A DNA stretch of 64,000 nucleotides, taken from a virus. Its lineage: Duplodnaviria; Heunggongvirae; Uroviricota; Caudoviricetes. Below the pieces are notes generated by a model. That model did not search any database and was not told where the DNA came from. It saw nothing but the letters and a program-made list of their open reading frames with translations. The stretch lies in the IMG/VR virus record IMGVR_UViG_2974549561_000001, positions 1 through 64,000 of that record; one strand, written 5' to 3'. The stretch's first letter is position 1. The number at the start of each line of letters is the position of its first letter. This document shows, one piece after another, positions 7,742 through 16,767 of the stretch. A program made the position numbers and the translations under genes.

Positions 7742-9448
7742 TTGAGTAACTTACGCGAATACCAGAATCGTATTGCAGATATCGCAAAACGCTCTAAAGC
7801 TGTGCTTGGCTGGGCAAGCACTGCGCAGTTCGGTACTGATAACCAATTCATTAAAGATGATGCCGCGCGTGCCGCATCTATCCTTGAAGCTGCACGTAAA
7901 GACCCGGTTTTTGCGGGTATCTCTGATAATGCCACCGCTCAAATCGCTACAGCGTGGGCAAGTGCACTGGCTGACTACGCCGCAGCACATAAATCTATGC
8001 CGCGTCCGGAAATTCTGGCCTCCTGCCACCAGACGCTGGAAAACTGCCTGATTGAGTCCACCCGCAATAGCATGGATGCCACTAATAAAGCGATGCTGGA
8101 ATCCGTCGCAGCAGAGATGATGAGCGTTTCTGACGGTGTTATGCGTCTGCCTTTATTCCTCGCGATGATCCTGCCTGTTCAGTTGGGGGCAGCTACCGCT
8201 GATGCGTGTACCTTCATTCCGGTTACGCGTGACCAGTCCGACATCTATGAAGTCTTTAACGTGGCAGGTTCCTCTTTTGGTTCTTATGCTGCTGGTGATG
8301 TTCTGGACATGCAATCCGTCGGTGTGTACAGCCAGTTACGTCGCCGCTATGTGCTGGTGGCAAGCTCCGATGGCACCAGCAAAACCGCAACCTTCAAGAT
8401 GGAAGACTTCGAAGGCCAGAATGTACCAATCCGAAAAGGTCGCACTAACATCTACGTTAACCGTATTAAGTCTGTTGTTGATAACGGTTCCGGCAGCCTA
8501 CTTCACTCGTTTACTAATGCTGCTGGTGAGCAAATCACTGTTACCTGCTCTCTGAACTACAACATTGGTCAGATTGCCCTGTCGTTCTCCAAAGCGCCGG
8601 ATAAAGGCACTGAGATCGCAATTGAGACGGAAATCAATATTGAAGCCGCTCCTGAGCTGATCCCGCTGATCAACCACGAAATGAAGAAATACACCCTGTT
8701 CCCAAGTCAGTTCGTTATCGCGGCTGAGCACACGGTACAGGCGGCGTATGAAGCACAGCGTGAATTTGGTCTGGACCTGGGGTCCCTACAGTTCCGCACC
8801 CTGAAGGAATACCTGTCTCATGAACAGGATATGCTGCGTCTTCGCATCATGATCTGGCGCACTCTTGCGACCGACACCTTTGACATCGCTCTGCCGGTTA
8901 ACCAGTCCTTTGATGTATGGGCAACCATCATTCGTGGCAAATTCCAGACTGTATATCGCGACATTATTGAGCGCGTTAAATCTTCTGGTGCGATGGGGAT
9001 GTTTGCTGGTGCTGATGCAGCATCTTTCTTCAAACAGTTGCCGAAGGATTTCTTCCAGCCAGCCGAAGACTATATCCAGACTCCGTATGTTCACTACATC
9101 GGTACCCTGTTCGGTAACGTGAAAGTGTACGAAGTACCTGCTGGTATTTGTAAGAACTTAACGACAGAGAACATTCAGTTCAGCTCGATGGATGTGCTGT
9201 GCTACGTCCGTGATGAAAATCCGGGTAAAGCAGGCTTCGTGACTGGTGATGCTGTCCCGGCCATCCCGTTCCAGCATCCGACCACTCCGGCGCTGGTCAA
9301 TCGTACCACGCTGTGGGGTTCGGCTATCAATGATATGCACCCACGCAACGGCGCTGATTACTTCACTCGTGTAACGCTGACAATGGCCAAAAAAGGCGGG
9401 CTTAACTTCATTAGCGGCGACACGATTGATGCCGGTGACTCTGAGTAA
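7742..9448 (+). CDS. major head protein precursor (gp23-like), probable TTG start
   Basis: about 570 aa, first gene after parS as in P1; AAGGAAG SD six nt before TTG 7742; function assigned by synteny and size only. Confidence 0.5.
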   Translation: MSNLREYQNRIADIAKRSKAVLGWASTAQFGTDNQFIKDDAARAASILEAARKDPVFAGISDNATAQIATAWASALADYAAAHKSMPRPEILASCHQTLENCLIESTRNSMDATNKAMLESVAAEMMSVSDGVMRLPLFLAMILPVQLGAATADACTFIPVTRDQSDIYEVFNVAGSSFGSYAAGDVLDMQSVGVYSQLRRRYVLVASSDGTSKTATFKMEDFEGQNVPIRKGRTNIYVNRIKSVVDNGSGSLLHSFTNAAGEQITVTCSLNYNIGQIALSFSKAPDKGTEIAIETEINIEAAPELIPLINHEMKKYTLFPSQFVIAAEHTVQAAYEAQREFGLDLGSLQFRTLKEYLSHEQDMLRLRIMIWRTLATDTFDIALPVNQSFDVWATIIRGKFQTVYRDIIERVKSSGAMGMFAGADAASFFKQLPKDFFQPAEDYIQTPYVHYIGTLFGNVKVYEVPAGICKNLTTENIQFSSMDVLCYVRDENPGKAGFVTGDAVPAIPFQHPTTPALVNRTTLWGSAINDMHPRNGADYFTRVTLTMAKKGGLNFISGDTIDAGDSE

Positions 9449-9508
9449 TCAGGGGAAGTTCTCCGTTTAACATAGCGCCCCCGTGCGGGGCGCATAACAG
9501 GGAAAGTT

Positions 9509-11098
9509 ATGTCTCAATATTCAATTCAACAGTCATTAGGTAATGCATCCGGCGTCGCGGTTAGCCCGATCAATGCCGATGCGACGTTATCTACCGGTGT
9601 TGCATTAAATAGCAGCTTGTGGGCTGGTATTGGCGTATTTGCGCGTGGCAAGCCGTTTACTGTTCTTGCGGTTACTGAGTCCAATTACGAAGATGTTCTC
9701 GGCGAACCGCTGAAGCCGTCTTCCGGCTCACAGTTCGAACCAATTCGCCATGTATACGAAGCTATTCAGCAAACATCTGGTTATGTTGTTCGCGCTGTTC
9801 CGGATGATGCGAAGTTCCCGATTATTATGTTCGATGAATCAGGCGAACCGGCTTACAGTGCGTTGCCATACGGTTCTGAAATTGAACTTGATAGTGGCGA
9901 AGCCTTTGCTATCTACGTTGATGATGGTGATCCGTGTATTTCACCTACCCGTGAGTTAACCATCGAAACAGCAACAGCGGACAGCGCGGGTAATGAACGC
10001 TTCCTCTTAAAACTGACCCAGACGACTTCGCTCGGCGTGGTAACGACCCTGGAGACACACACTGTGTCTTTGGCGGAAGAAGCGAAAGATGACATGGGCC
10101 GCTTGTGTTATCTGCCTACGGCTCTGGAAGCCCGTTCTAAATATCTGCGCGCGGTTGTTAATGAAGAGCTGATTTCGACAGCGAAAGTAACAAACAAAAA
10201 ATCGTTGGCGTTCACTGGCGGTACCAACGGCGATCAGTCGAAAATCTCAACCGCTGCGTACCTGCGTGCGGTGAAAGTGCTGAACAATGCGCCGTACATG
10301 TACACCGCTGTTCTCGGCCTGGGGTGCTATGACAATGCGGCGATCACTGCGTTAGGTAATATCTGTTCTGATCGCCTGATTGATGGCTTCTTTGATGTCA
10401 AACCGACATTGACGTACACGGAAGCGATCTCTGCTGTTGAAGATACCGGTTTACTTGGTACCGATTATGTAAGCTGTTCTGTCTATCACTACCCGTTCTC
10501 CTGCAAAGACAAATGGACCCAATCCCGTGTGGTCTTCGGTCTGTCTGGCGCGGCGTATGCGGCGAAAGCTCGTGGCGTCAAGAAAAACTCTGATGTCGGC
10601 GGTTGGCATTACTCACCGGCTGGTGAAGAACGTGCCGTCATTGCTCGTGCGTCAATTCAACCGCTGTATCCGGAAGATACCCCGGACGAAGAAGCAATGG
10701 TCAAGGGCCGTCTCAATAAAGTATCTGTTGGCACCTCTGGCCAGATGATCATCGACGATGCTTTAACTTGCTGCACGCAGGATAACTATCTGCACTTCCA
10801 GCACGTCCCATCCCTGATGAATGCAATCAGTCGTTTCTTTGTCCAGTTAGCCCGACAGATGAAGCATAGCCCGGACGGTATTACTGCGGCTGGCCTGACT
10901 AAAGGGATGACCAAACTTTTAGATCGCTTTGTCGCCTCCGGCGCTCTGGTGGCTCCTCGTGATCCTGATGCTGACGGTACAGAACCGTATGTGCTGAAAG
11001 TTACGCAGGCGGAATTCGATAAATGGGAAGTAGTCTGGGCCTGCTGCCCGACTGGCGTAGCCCGTCGTATCCAGGGCGTACCGCTGCTTATTAAGTAA
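9509..11098 (+). CDS. contractile tail sheath protein (gp22-like)
   Basis: 529 aa, strong SD, follows head gene; size and position fit P1 sheath. Confidence 0.5.
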   Translation: MSQYSIQQSLGNASGVAVSPINADATLSTGVALNSSLWAGIGVFARGKPFTVLAVTESNYEDVLGEPLKPSSGSQFEPIRHVYEAIQQTSGYVVRAVPDDAKFPIIMFDESGEPAYSALPYGSEIELDSGEAFAIYVDDGDPCISPTRELTIETATADSAGNERFLLKLTQTTSLGVVTTLETHTVSLAEEAKDDMGRLCYLPTALEARSKYLRAVVNEELISTAKVTNKKSLAFTGGTNGDQSKISTAAYLRAVKVLNNAPYMYTAVLGLGCYDNAAITALGNICSDRLIDGFFDVKPTLTYTEAISAVEDTGLLGTDYVSCSVYHYPFSCKDKWTQSRVVFGLSGAAYAAKARGVKKNSDVGGWHYSPAGEERAVIARASIQPLYPEDTPDEEAMVKGRLNKVSVGTSGQMIIDDALTCCTQDNYLHFQHVPSLMNAISRFFVQLARQMKHSPDGITAAGLTKGMTKLLDRFVASGALVAPRDPDADGTEPYVLKVTQAEFDKWEVVWACCPTGVARRIQGVPLLIK

Positions 11099-11107
11099 GG
11101 GAATACA

Positions 11108-11923
11108 ATGAGCAAAAACTTTTTTCAATCCGGGGCATTTTTGGGGAATGGACTGTCTCGTTTCGCTTTGAACTCTGATCCTGTGCAGCTGATGGAGTCT
11201 GCCCGAGCAAGCGCCGAACCGCCAACAGATCCGGTTATTAATAATAATCCGGAACCGGCGGCACAGACTAACGATAACATTCCATCTGCCCCGGCTCCTG
11301 AGCAAATCCTGGAAGGGAAAGACGGTAAAGAATGGACCGTCGAACAGGCGCACCAGATGATTCTGGAAGCTGCAAATCGAAGTGCTATGCAGAATGCGTT
11401 GAGTGATGCGGCCGACGCCGTTTTCGCCTGGGCTGATAGCGGTGATCTGACTTTCGACTCCCTTGATGGTTTCGTTCAGGCTATCGCTGGTATCTCTGAT
11501 GACGACGACTCCGAAGTTACAGAAGAACAGGACGATGCCTATAACGAAGCATGGGCAAATGTTGCTGACTTCCTCGCAGCATGCGGTGTAGATGATGACC
11601 TGATCGAAGCACTGGCTGACGATGAAGACGACGACGCAGCTGCTGATGTTGGTGCCTCTATCGCTGGTTTAGATAGCGACGACCGCGACGAACTGGAAGC
11701 GGCGTTTGTTGTTGCTGGCACTTCTGATGAAATGCTGACTGAAGCATTTAAGAAGGTTGTTCGTAACGGTGAGATCAAACTCATCCGTAAACGCCTGCGT
11801 AAAAAACGTCTGACTGCGGCTCAAAAATCGGCGCTGAAAAAAGCGCGTCGAAAAGCCCAGACCGGCGCGGCAAAACTTGCCCGCAAAAAGTCAATGAAAC
11901 TGCGCCGTAAGCGCCTTGGCTAA
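11108..11923 (+). CDS. acidic hypothetical virion/morphogenesis protein with basic C-terminal tail
   Basis: Asp/Glu-rich body and KR-rich C-terminus (RKRLRKKRL...RKKSMKLRRKRLG). Confidence 0.5.
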   Translation: MSKNFFQSGAFLGNGLSRFALNSDPVQLMESARASAEPPTDPVINNNPEPAAQTNDNIPSAPAPEQILEGKDGKEWTVEQAHQMILEAANRSAMQNALSDAADAVFAWADSGDLTFDSLDGFVQAIAGISDDDDSEVTEEQDDAYNEAWANVADFLAACGVDDDLIEALADDEDDDAAADVGASIAGLDSDDRDELEAAFVVAGTSDEMLTEAFKKVVRNGEIKLIRKRLRKKRLTAAQKSALKKARRKAQTGAAKLARKKSMKLRRKRLG

Positions 11924-11930
11924 AGGAGGA

Positions 11931-11948
11931 GGCCGGGGAACTCCGGCC
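11931..11948 (+). other. GC hairpin between stop of the 271-aa gene and start of the next
   Basis: GGCCGG...CCGGCC stem lying between an AGGAGGAGG SD-like run and the ATG at 11959. Confidence 0.4.
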
Positions 11949-11958
11949 TTTAACTTGA

Positions 11959-12540
11959 ATGGCTCCTATAGCTTATGGGGTTTACAGCCAGGCTGACGGT
12001 GTATCGCCATATCTGAAAGTTACTTTAACGAACTCTCAGTACCAGGTTACCGGATATATCAGCCAGGGAGCGGCAATGAACATGGCCCAGAATTGGGAAG
12101 CGCCGTTTACCGGTATGTCCATGGGATCTGTTTCTGGTGCTCTGGGTGGTTTTGTGCAAGTAGGTACTGAAACAACGTCGGTTGCCCGTTGGAATAGCTT
12201 AATGGTTTGGGAAGGGGGGACACCGCCGACGTTCACGCTGCCCGTAATTTTCATTGCTTTGAACAATCCATTCATTGAAGTTTCAGGCGCTATCGCCGCG
12301 TTGACAGCCATGATTAGCCCGGAACTAAAAGCGGCCAATGTTGGTGGTCGAATCCCGGAGCGTGTGACGCTAAACATTGGTCGCCGGATCAACATCACCG
12401 ATGTCGCTATCCAGGACTTAAGTTTTGATCTCGATGCGCCAAGGGACAGTAATGGATATTTCCTGAAAAACACCGTCAACCTCCAGTTGACCGGTTCTTC
12501 GATATATAACAGCTCCGATATTGTTCGGGCGTTCCAGTAA
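11959..12540 (+). CDS. putative tail tube or structural protein
   Basis: 193 aa (about 21 kDa), in the sheath operon; assignment by context only. Confidence 0.4.
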   Translation: MAPIAYGVYSQADGVSPYLKVTLTNSQYQVTGYISQGAAMNMAQNWEAPFTGMSMGSVSGALGGFVQVGTETTSVARWNSLMVWEGGTPPTFTLPVIFIALNNPFIEVSGAIAALTAMISPELKAANVGGRIPERVTLNIGRRINITDVAIQDLSFDLDAPRDSNGYFLKNTVNLQLTGSSIYNSSDIVRAFQ

Positions 12541-12551
12541 AAGGATTTTAT

Positions 12552-13061
12552 ATGGGGCACAATAACACTAAGGGAAACCGTAAATTTATTAAGGGCCGCT
12601 ATACTGCCAACGCGGCCAAAGGCGAACGACTGGTATCTTCTGAATTCCAGCTCACTTTTGCAGGCCATGAAGATATCAGTGTACTGGTTCGTACGTCGCA
12701 AATCCCTGAAATGACTCGCGAGGATGTGGAGGACTATGGTCCGAATGGTGTGAAGTTCAACCAGCACGGACCAATTCGAAACTCTGGGGAAATCCAGGTC
12801 CAGTGCGTGGAGACTATCGAAGGCGATATTCTTCAGTTCATTAAGGATCGCATTGCGGCGAAGGACTATGTTGATATCACGATGGCTGCTACCCCTGAAT
12901 CCAAATCTTCCGGGGTTAACGCTGTGACAAAAGCTGCTACAACAATTGAAATGTTGGACTGCAAAATCTACAGTGATGCAATCGACTTTAGTACCGAAGA
13001 TGTGACTGCCGCTGTGCGCCCGTCACTTCGTATCGTCTACAACTGGATTGAGTGGGATTAA
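12552..13061 (+). CDS. hypothetical structural protein
   Basis: 169-aa ORF 12 bp after the previous gene; operon ends at the 13083 terminator. Confidence 0.45.
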   Translation: MGHNNTKGNRKFIKGRYTANAAKGERLVSSEFQLTFAGHEDISVLVRTSQIPEMTREDVEDYGPNGVKFNQHGPIRNSGEIQVQCVETIEGDILQFIKDRIAAKDYVDITMAATPESKSSGVNAVTKAATTIEMLDCKIYSDAIDFSTEDVTAAVRPSLRIVYNWIEWD

Positions 13062-13082
13062 GAGTCATCCCTTGTATTTTAA

Positions 13083-13106
13083 AGCTCCTTCGGGAGCTTT
13101 TTTTAT
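13083..13106 (+). terminator. rho-independent terminator
   Basis: AAAGCTCC-ttcg-GGAGCTTT hairpin plus T-run. Confidence 0.6.
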
Positions 13107-13232
13107 AACCTTTTTATATAAAAATGCATCGATAACATTGTCTGGAGTTTTATGTTAGATTATTAATGTTCTAATAAACTACAATTATTGAGGTAGATGT
13201 TTGTGCCTGTACTGTTAAAGGGGGACTCTAAA

Positions 13233-13829
13233 ATGGCTGTGATTCCAATGTCGTACTCCCCGGGTACTGTCGCTCGTCGATTTTCGATCCTGGACGGAGT
13301 TACCATCCAGGGTGTGCTTTACCAGGTTATATGGGATTCCAAAACCCCATTTGCTGCCGTAATAGAGGCTGCTCCTTCTGTTATCGATGGTGATATGCGC
13401 CATAAGGTTGTCGCTACTCTTGAACTTCAACGTCGCCCACAGCTTGAAGGCGTACTGGTGAGGAAGTTCTGGGAAGATAACGATGTTGCCCAGATTGAAG
13501 GTATCGTGGTTGATGGAATCGTCCGGGATGTCGGTTTAGCCACTTTTGTTTATGAAACCGTAGCTTCAAAAGCCGGAGTTGTTTTGCTAAGTGACAATGA
13601 GCAATACGAAGGCGGAAAGGCTCTTTGGCAGCACATCGCTCGTCGTTCTTCTGAACTAAAAGTTTTTATCCTGGACACCGATACTGCTCAGTATTACCCA
13701 TTTGATGGCGAACGTGTTTGCTATGACGGGAAAAGTATTCCTGAATCCGAGATATGGAGTGAACATCCGGATCGAAGTAAGCATGGGGTTGTTCTTGTCG
13801 CAGAATCCATAACTGGAAAGGCGGCATAG
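13233..13829 (+). CDS. hypothetical protein
   Basis: ATG 13233 after AAGGGGGA SD; preceded by AT-rich region with a weak operator-like 17-mer at 13166-13182. Confidence 0.45.
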   Translation: MAVIPMSYSPGTVARRFSILDGVTIQGVLYQVIWDSKTPFAAVIEAAPSVIDGDMRHKVVATLELQRRPQLEGVLVRKFWEDNDVAQIEGIVVDGIVRDVGLATFVYETVASKAGVVLLSDNEQYEGGKALWQHIARRSSELKVFILDTDTAQYYPFDGERVCYDGKSIPESEIWSEHPDRSKHGVVLVAESITGKAA

Positions 13830-14008
13830 CAGTAAAAAATTCCTTGCTCCTTGACAGAGGAGAGGATTAATCTAAGTACGCTAAGCATAGGTATGGCCCC
13901 GGTTAATGTTAAGCGTTGTGCGGGACGCATAATGTTTACTGGGGCTTTCTTTTATCTATTTTGGGATAATCCTGAATTCCGTAGTATTTGGCATCGGCTG
14001 CGGCTACA

Positions 14009-14239
14009 TCAGCGTTTGACTCTATTTCTATAGAAATCACCTGGAAGGGTGAATATCCACATCAGAAGAAACGTTGCAGCAAACATGATCCCTAATGGCC
14101 AGAATATGCCAAAAAAAATCATTATCCAAAAACGATCCCACCAGGCCATTTCTGCATTAGCTCGCAAAATATATCGACTTAATGCGTATATCAGTCCACC
14201 AATTAGTATATAGATGGGAATAGATACCAGGATAGTCAT
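14009..14239 (-). CDS. small hydrophobic membrane protein (doubtful)
   Basis: 76-87 codons, two to three predicted TM helices; lies directly downstream of the ail terminator with no room for its own promoter. Confidence 0.25.
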   Translation of the reverse strand: MTILVSIPIYILIGGLIYALSRYILRANAEMAWWDRFWIMIFFGIFWPLGIMFAATFLLMWIFTLPGDFYRNRVKR

Positions 14240-14280
14240 AGCGTTAGTCTCAATGAACATAACGAATATCACCAGAGCAA

Positions 14281-14310
14281 AGTATAAATCCCTCTGCGTA
14301 GGGCAGAGGG
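14281..14310 (-). terminator. rho-independent terminator of the ail-like gene
   Basis: CCCTCTGC...GCAGAGGG hairpin followed by a U-rich tract on the minus strand. Confidence 0.5.
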
Positions 14311-14319
14311 ACTAAATAG

Positions 14320-14835
14320 TTAAAATCGGTAACCGACACCAAGCATCCAAATGCTATTGCTTAGATCACCTGGTTTAGAACGTTCATACGAGAGATCAAC
14401 TGCAAACTGCGGAGATGGGTTAAATTGAAGCCCAAGTCCATAAGCAAAATCGGTTCCAAAGCCAGCATATGACTGTCCATTCAGTTTTGCTGTTGCATCC
14501 GCATGGCTTAAACCCACCAAGCCGTATGCACTCATTAATTCATTGAATCTGTATGACGGACCAAAAGTAAATGAGGCATACTCAACCTTGGCTTTGGCGG
14601 CATTCCATAGGTTTGTGTTTGACTTTTCGTAAGTGACCGAAGCTAATCCACCCCACGTAGAATCCATTTCGTAGCGATATTTAATATTCACGCCTTTTGG
14701 ATCTTTTATATCTCCGCCTTTAACCGTTGCGCTTCCTTGGGCAAAGTCTAAGGAGAGTGTGTGCTGATATGCGGAGGCAGTCCCAGCAACCCCCAAGGCA
14801 CATGCCAGAAGGGCCGTTAAAACTACTTTTTTCAT
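14320..14835 (-). CDS. Ail/Lom/PagC-family outer-membrane beta-barrel protein
   Basis: 171 aa; signal peptide MKKVVLTALLACALGVAGTASA, alternating beta-strand pattern, C-terminal LGVGYRF. Confidence 0.8.
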   Translation of the reverse strand: MKKVVLTALLACALGVAGTASAYQHTLSLDFAQGSATVKGGDIKDPKGVNIKYRYEMDSTWGGLASVTYEKSNTNLWNAAKAKVEYASFTFGPSYRFNELMSAYGLVGLSHADATAKLNGQSYAGFGTDFAYGLGLQFNPSPQFAVDLSYERSKPGDLSNSIWMLGVGYRF

Positions 14836-14930
14836 GGAAAAAGTTACCTATAAAAACGTTAAAAATAATACTGGTGACAAAATAGTGTGTATTGAGCGTT
14901 AAATACACGTAAAGATTCTATCATTCGCGA

Positions 14931-15773
14931 TCATCCGCGAAAACCAGTTGGAATATAAAATTCCTTTTCTTTTCTTGTAGATAGGACCATATCCAGAGCT
15001 TCGTTTACCGTCATGCAATGCGGCAGATTATCGAAGTTTGATATCCCGCCAATATCAGGAGAACGCTTGCTCTTCAGGTAAGCATATTTCCGGGCCGCTG
15101 CCTCAACTTTCTGCTGGAACTCATGTTTTTGAGCGCGTTTTTTGGATAACCGCAGATTGTCGGCCTTTGCTTTTGCACCAGCGATCCATGAAGTCAATTT
15201 TTTGAGTTTGGTCGTTCCGGCAGCGCCGGAAACTGATCTTTTTGTTTTTTTAACTTGTGACTTCTTATTCTTTATTGCCACGTCATCCTGACAGGGGGAG
15301 GGGGTATCATTTTGACATGGGGGTGTGGATAAAAAATTAAATAAAGTCAATGTCTTAGCGAGAACAGCTTTAACCTTGGTTGCCGCTGAAGAGATCTTTA
15401 ATTTGCTTTCAATCAGCGCATTTTTGGCTTGTTGTGCGAAGGCCAAAAAGGATGGTGTAAACCGGTACAGGTTAGCGCGACGTTCACGGTGATCGCCGAT
15501 AACAATCTCTACAGACAGGATTCCTTTGTTTACAGCTTCACGGAATGCACGAACGACGGTTGATTGGCTATAACCAGTTTCTGCCGCGATCAGGCGGTGA
15601 GGCTTGTGAATGAAGTATTCACTGGTTGTTGCCGCGAGATTTGCACATTGCGACAGGATATGCCCGGCGCTACGGGATAGACCGGAGTGTGTTACAAAGC
15701 AGGCCAATTCATAGCCAGAAAAAGTAAAATCGCTCATCGTTATACAGCTCAGGAAAGTGACTTTAGCCAGCAT
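14931..15773 (-). CDS. repL: lytic replicon initiator RepL
   Basis: 280 aa directly downstream of kilA; HTH-like ETGYSQSTVVRAFREAV; size and order match P1 kilA-repL. Confidence 0.6.
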   Translation of the reverse strand: MLAKVTFLSCITMSDFTFSGYELACFVTHSGLSRSAGHILSQCANLAATTSEYFIHKPHRLIAAETGYSQSTVVRAFREAVNKGILSVEIVIGDHRERRANLYRFTPSFLAFAQQAKNALIESKLKISSAATKVKAVLAKTLTLFNFLSTPPCQNDTPSPCQDDVAIKNKKSQVKKTKRSVSGAAGTTKLKKLTSWIAGAKAKADNLRLSKKRAQKHEFQQKVEAAARKYAYLKSKRSPDIGGISNFDNLPHCMTVNEALDMVLSTRKEKEFYIPTGFRG

Positions 15774-15802
15774 TACAATGCTGGTGGTTCTTACTACGTC
15801 TG

Positions 15803-16603
15803 TTAGCGCGTTGCCGCGACAGGTACCAGCACACCAGCATCAAGCAATCGCTTCATCAGCCACTGCTGACCTTTGCCGGTTATACGAGTCGTGAAAGAAA
15901 TCCTGCTTCCGTTGCTTGTGTCGATCACGGTTTCTTTGAGGGTGAAGTACCCACGGGATATGTATTCTTGTTTGGGGACGTTCCTGCGTTCACCGGTTGC
16001 GATCAGAATTCCGTTATCACGCAACCAGGTGAAGAGATAGTTTTGGCCCAGGCCGAGCACTTTGGCATAGTTGCCGATTAGAACCCCGCTGGCGGTAGCA
16101 ACGCGTTCGGCGAATTCGACTTTAGGTGCATCCATAAGCATTTTTTGCTCCAGCCGTTGCTTTTGCTCTGCCAGGTCGGCAGCCAAACGGAGAGCTTCAG
16201 GGAGACTCTGCGGAATAGCAGGTTGTAATCTTCCGGCTCGATAGTCGATAAATGTCTGGTTTACCTTCAGCCGAAATGCGGGAGAAATCCAGCCTGCGTA
16301 CTCCACAGCGAGCAATTCATGGGCAAAAGTGCCGCCGCCACGGCCTTCGAACGAAACTATGCAATTCTGCATAGTTTCTTTTTCAAGCTCTTCGATGAGC
16401 TGTTTGGCTGACAGCGTTCTTAGCCATTGAGCTGGCGCTTTATGGGCACCGAGTCCGCTCGCTCTGTGTAGAGCATTAAGGTTGTAACGGCCAGCGCGGT
16501 CGGTCGTAATTTCAACACCACAAATAACGGGCAGAGTGGTTGAAGGATCGACATTTTGATGAAGGTTTGATATATTCATATCCGCATTGAATGTTTGTTG
16601 CAT
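15803..16603 (-). CDS. kilA: KilA
   Basis: 266 aa; C-terminal half paralogous to Ant C-terminus (PAIPQSLPEALRLAADLAEQKQRLEQ vs PSIPQTLPEALRLAAELAEQKMQLEQ). Confidence 0.7.
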   Translation of the reverse strand: MQQTFNADMNISNLHQNVDPSTTLPVICGVEITTDRAGRYNLNALHRASGLGAHKAPAQWLRTLSAKQLIEELEKETMQNCIVSFEGRGGGTFAHELLAVEYAGWISPAFRLKVNQTFIDYRAGRLQPAIPQSLPEALRLAADLAEQKQRLEQKMLMDAPKVEFAERVATASGVLIGNYAKVLGLGQNYLFTWLRDNGILIATGERRNVPKQEYISRGYFTLKETVIDTSNGSRISFTTRITGKGQQWLMKRLLDAGVLVPVAATR

Positions 16604-16673
16604 TTTTTCTCCAAATTTGCATCAACCTTCAATCACCAGCTCGAAATGGTGATTCTTTGCACTTAGAAAACGA

Positions 16674-16690
16674 AATTTATTAGAGCAAAT
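16674..16690. promoter_or_regulatory. C1 operator (Op53-equivalent) between ant and kilA
   Basis: AAATTTATTAGAGCAAA, 16/17 to reverse complement of consensus. Confidence 0.6.
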
Positions 16691-16735
16691 TTTTCTGACT
16701 CGATCCAGATCGGGTTGGTCGATCTGCTCAGAAAC

Positions 16736-16762
16736 CTGCCAGTTTGCTGGCAGGTTTTTTTC
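16736..16762 (+). terminator. rho-independent terminator on plus strand at ant 3' end
   Basis: CCTGCCAG-tttg-CTGGCAGG followed by TTTTTTT. Confidence 0.5.
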
Positions 16763-16767
16763 TTTTG

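Noticed and set aside
8202-9122. ORFs overlapping the head gene in other frames (8202..8555 plus, 8498..8731, 8786..9094 and 8818..9033 minus; 8865..9122 plus)
   Set aside because: Embedded in a well-supported long coding region; typical frame-shadow ORFs.
13851-14033. 60-aa plus-strand ORF after the 210-aa gene
   Set aside because: Short, no ribosome-binding site, overlaps the minus-strand small membrane ORF region.
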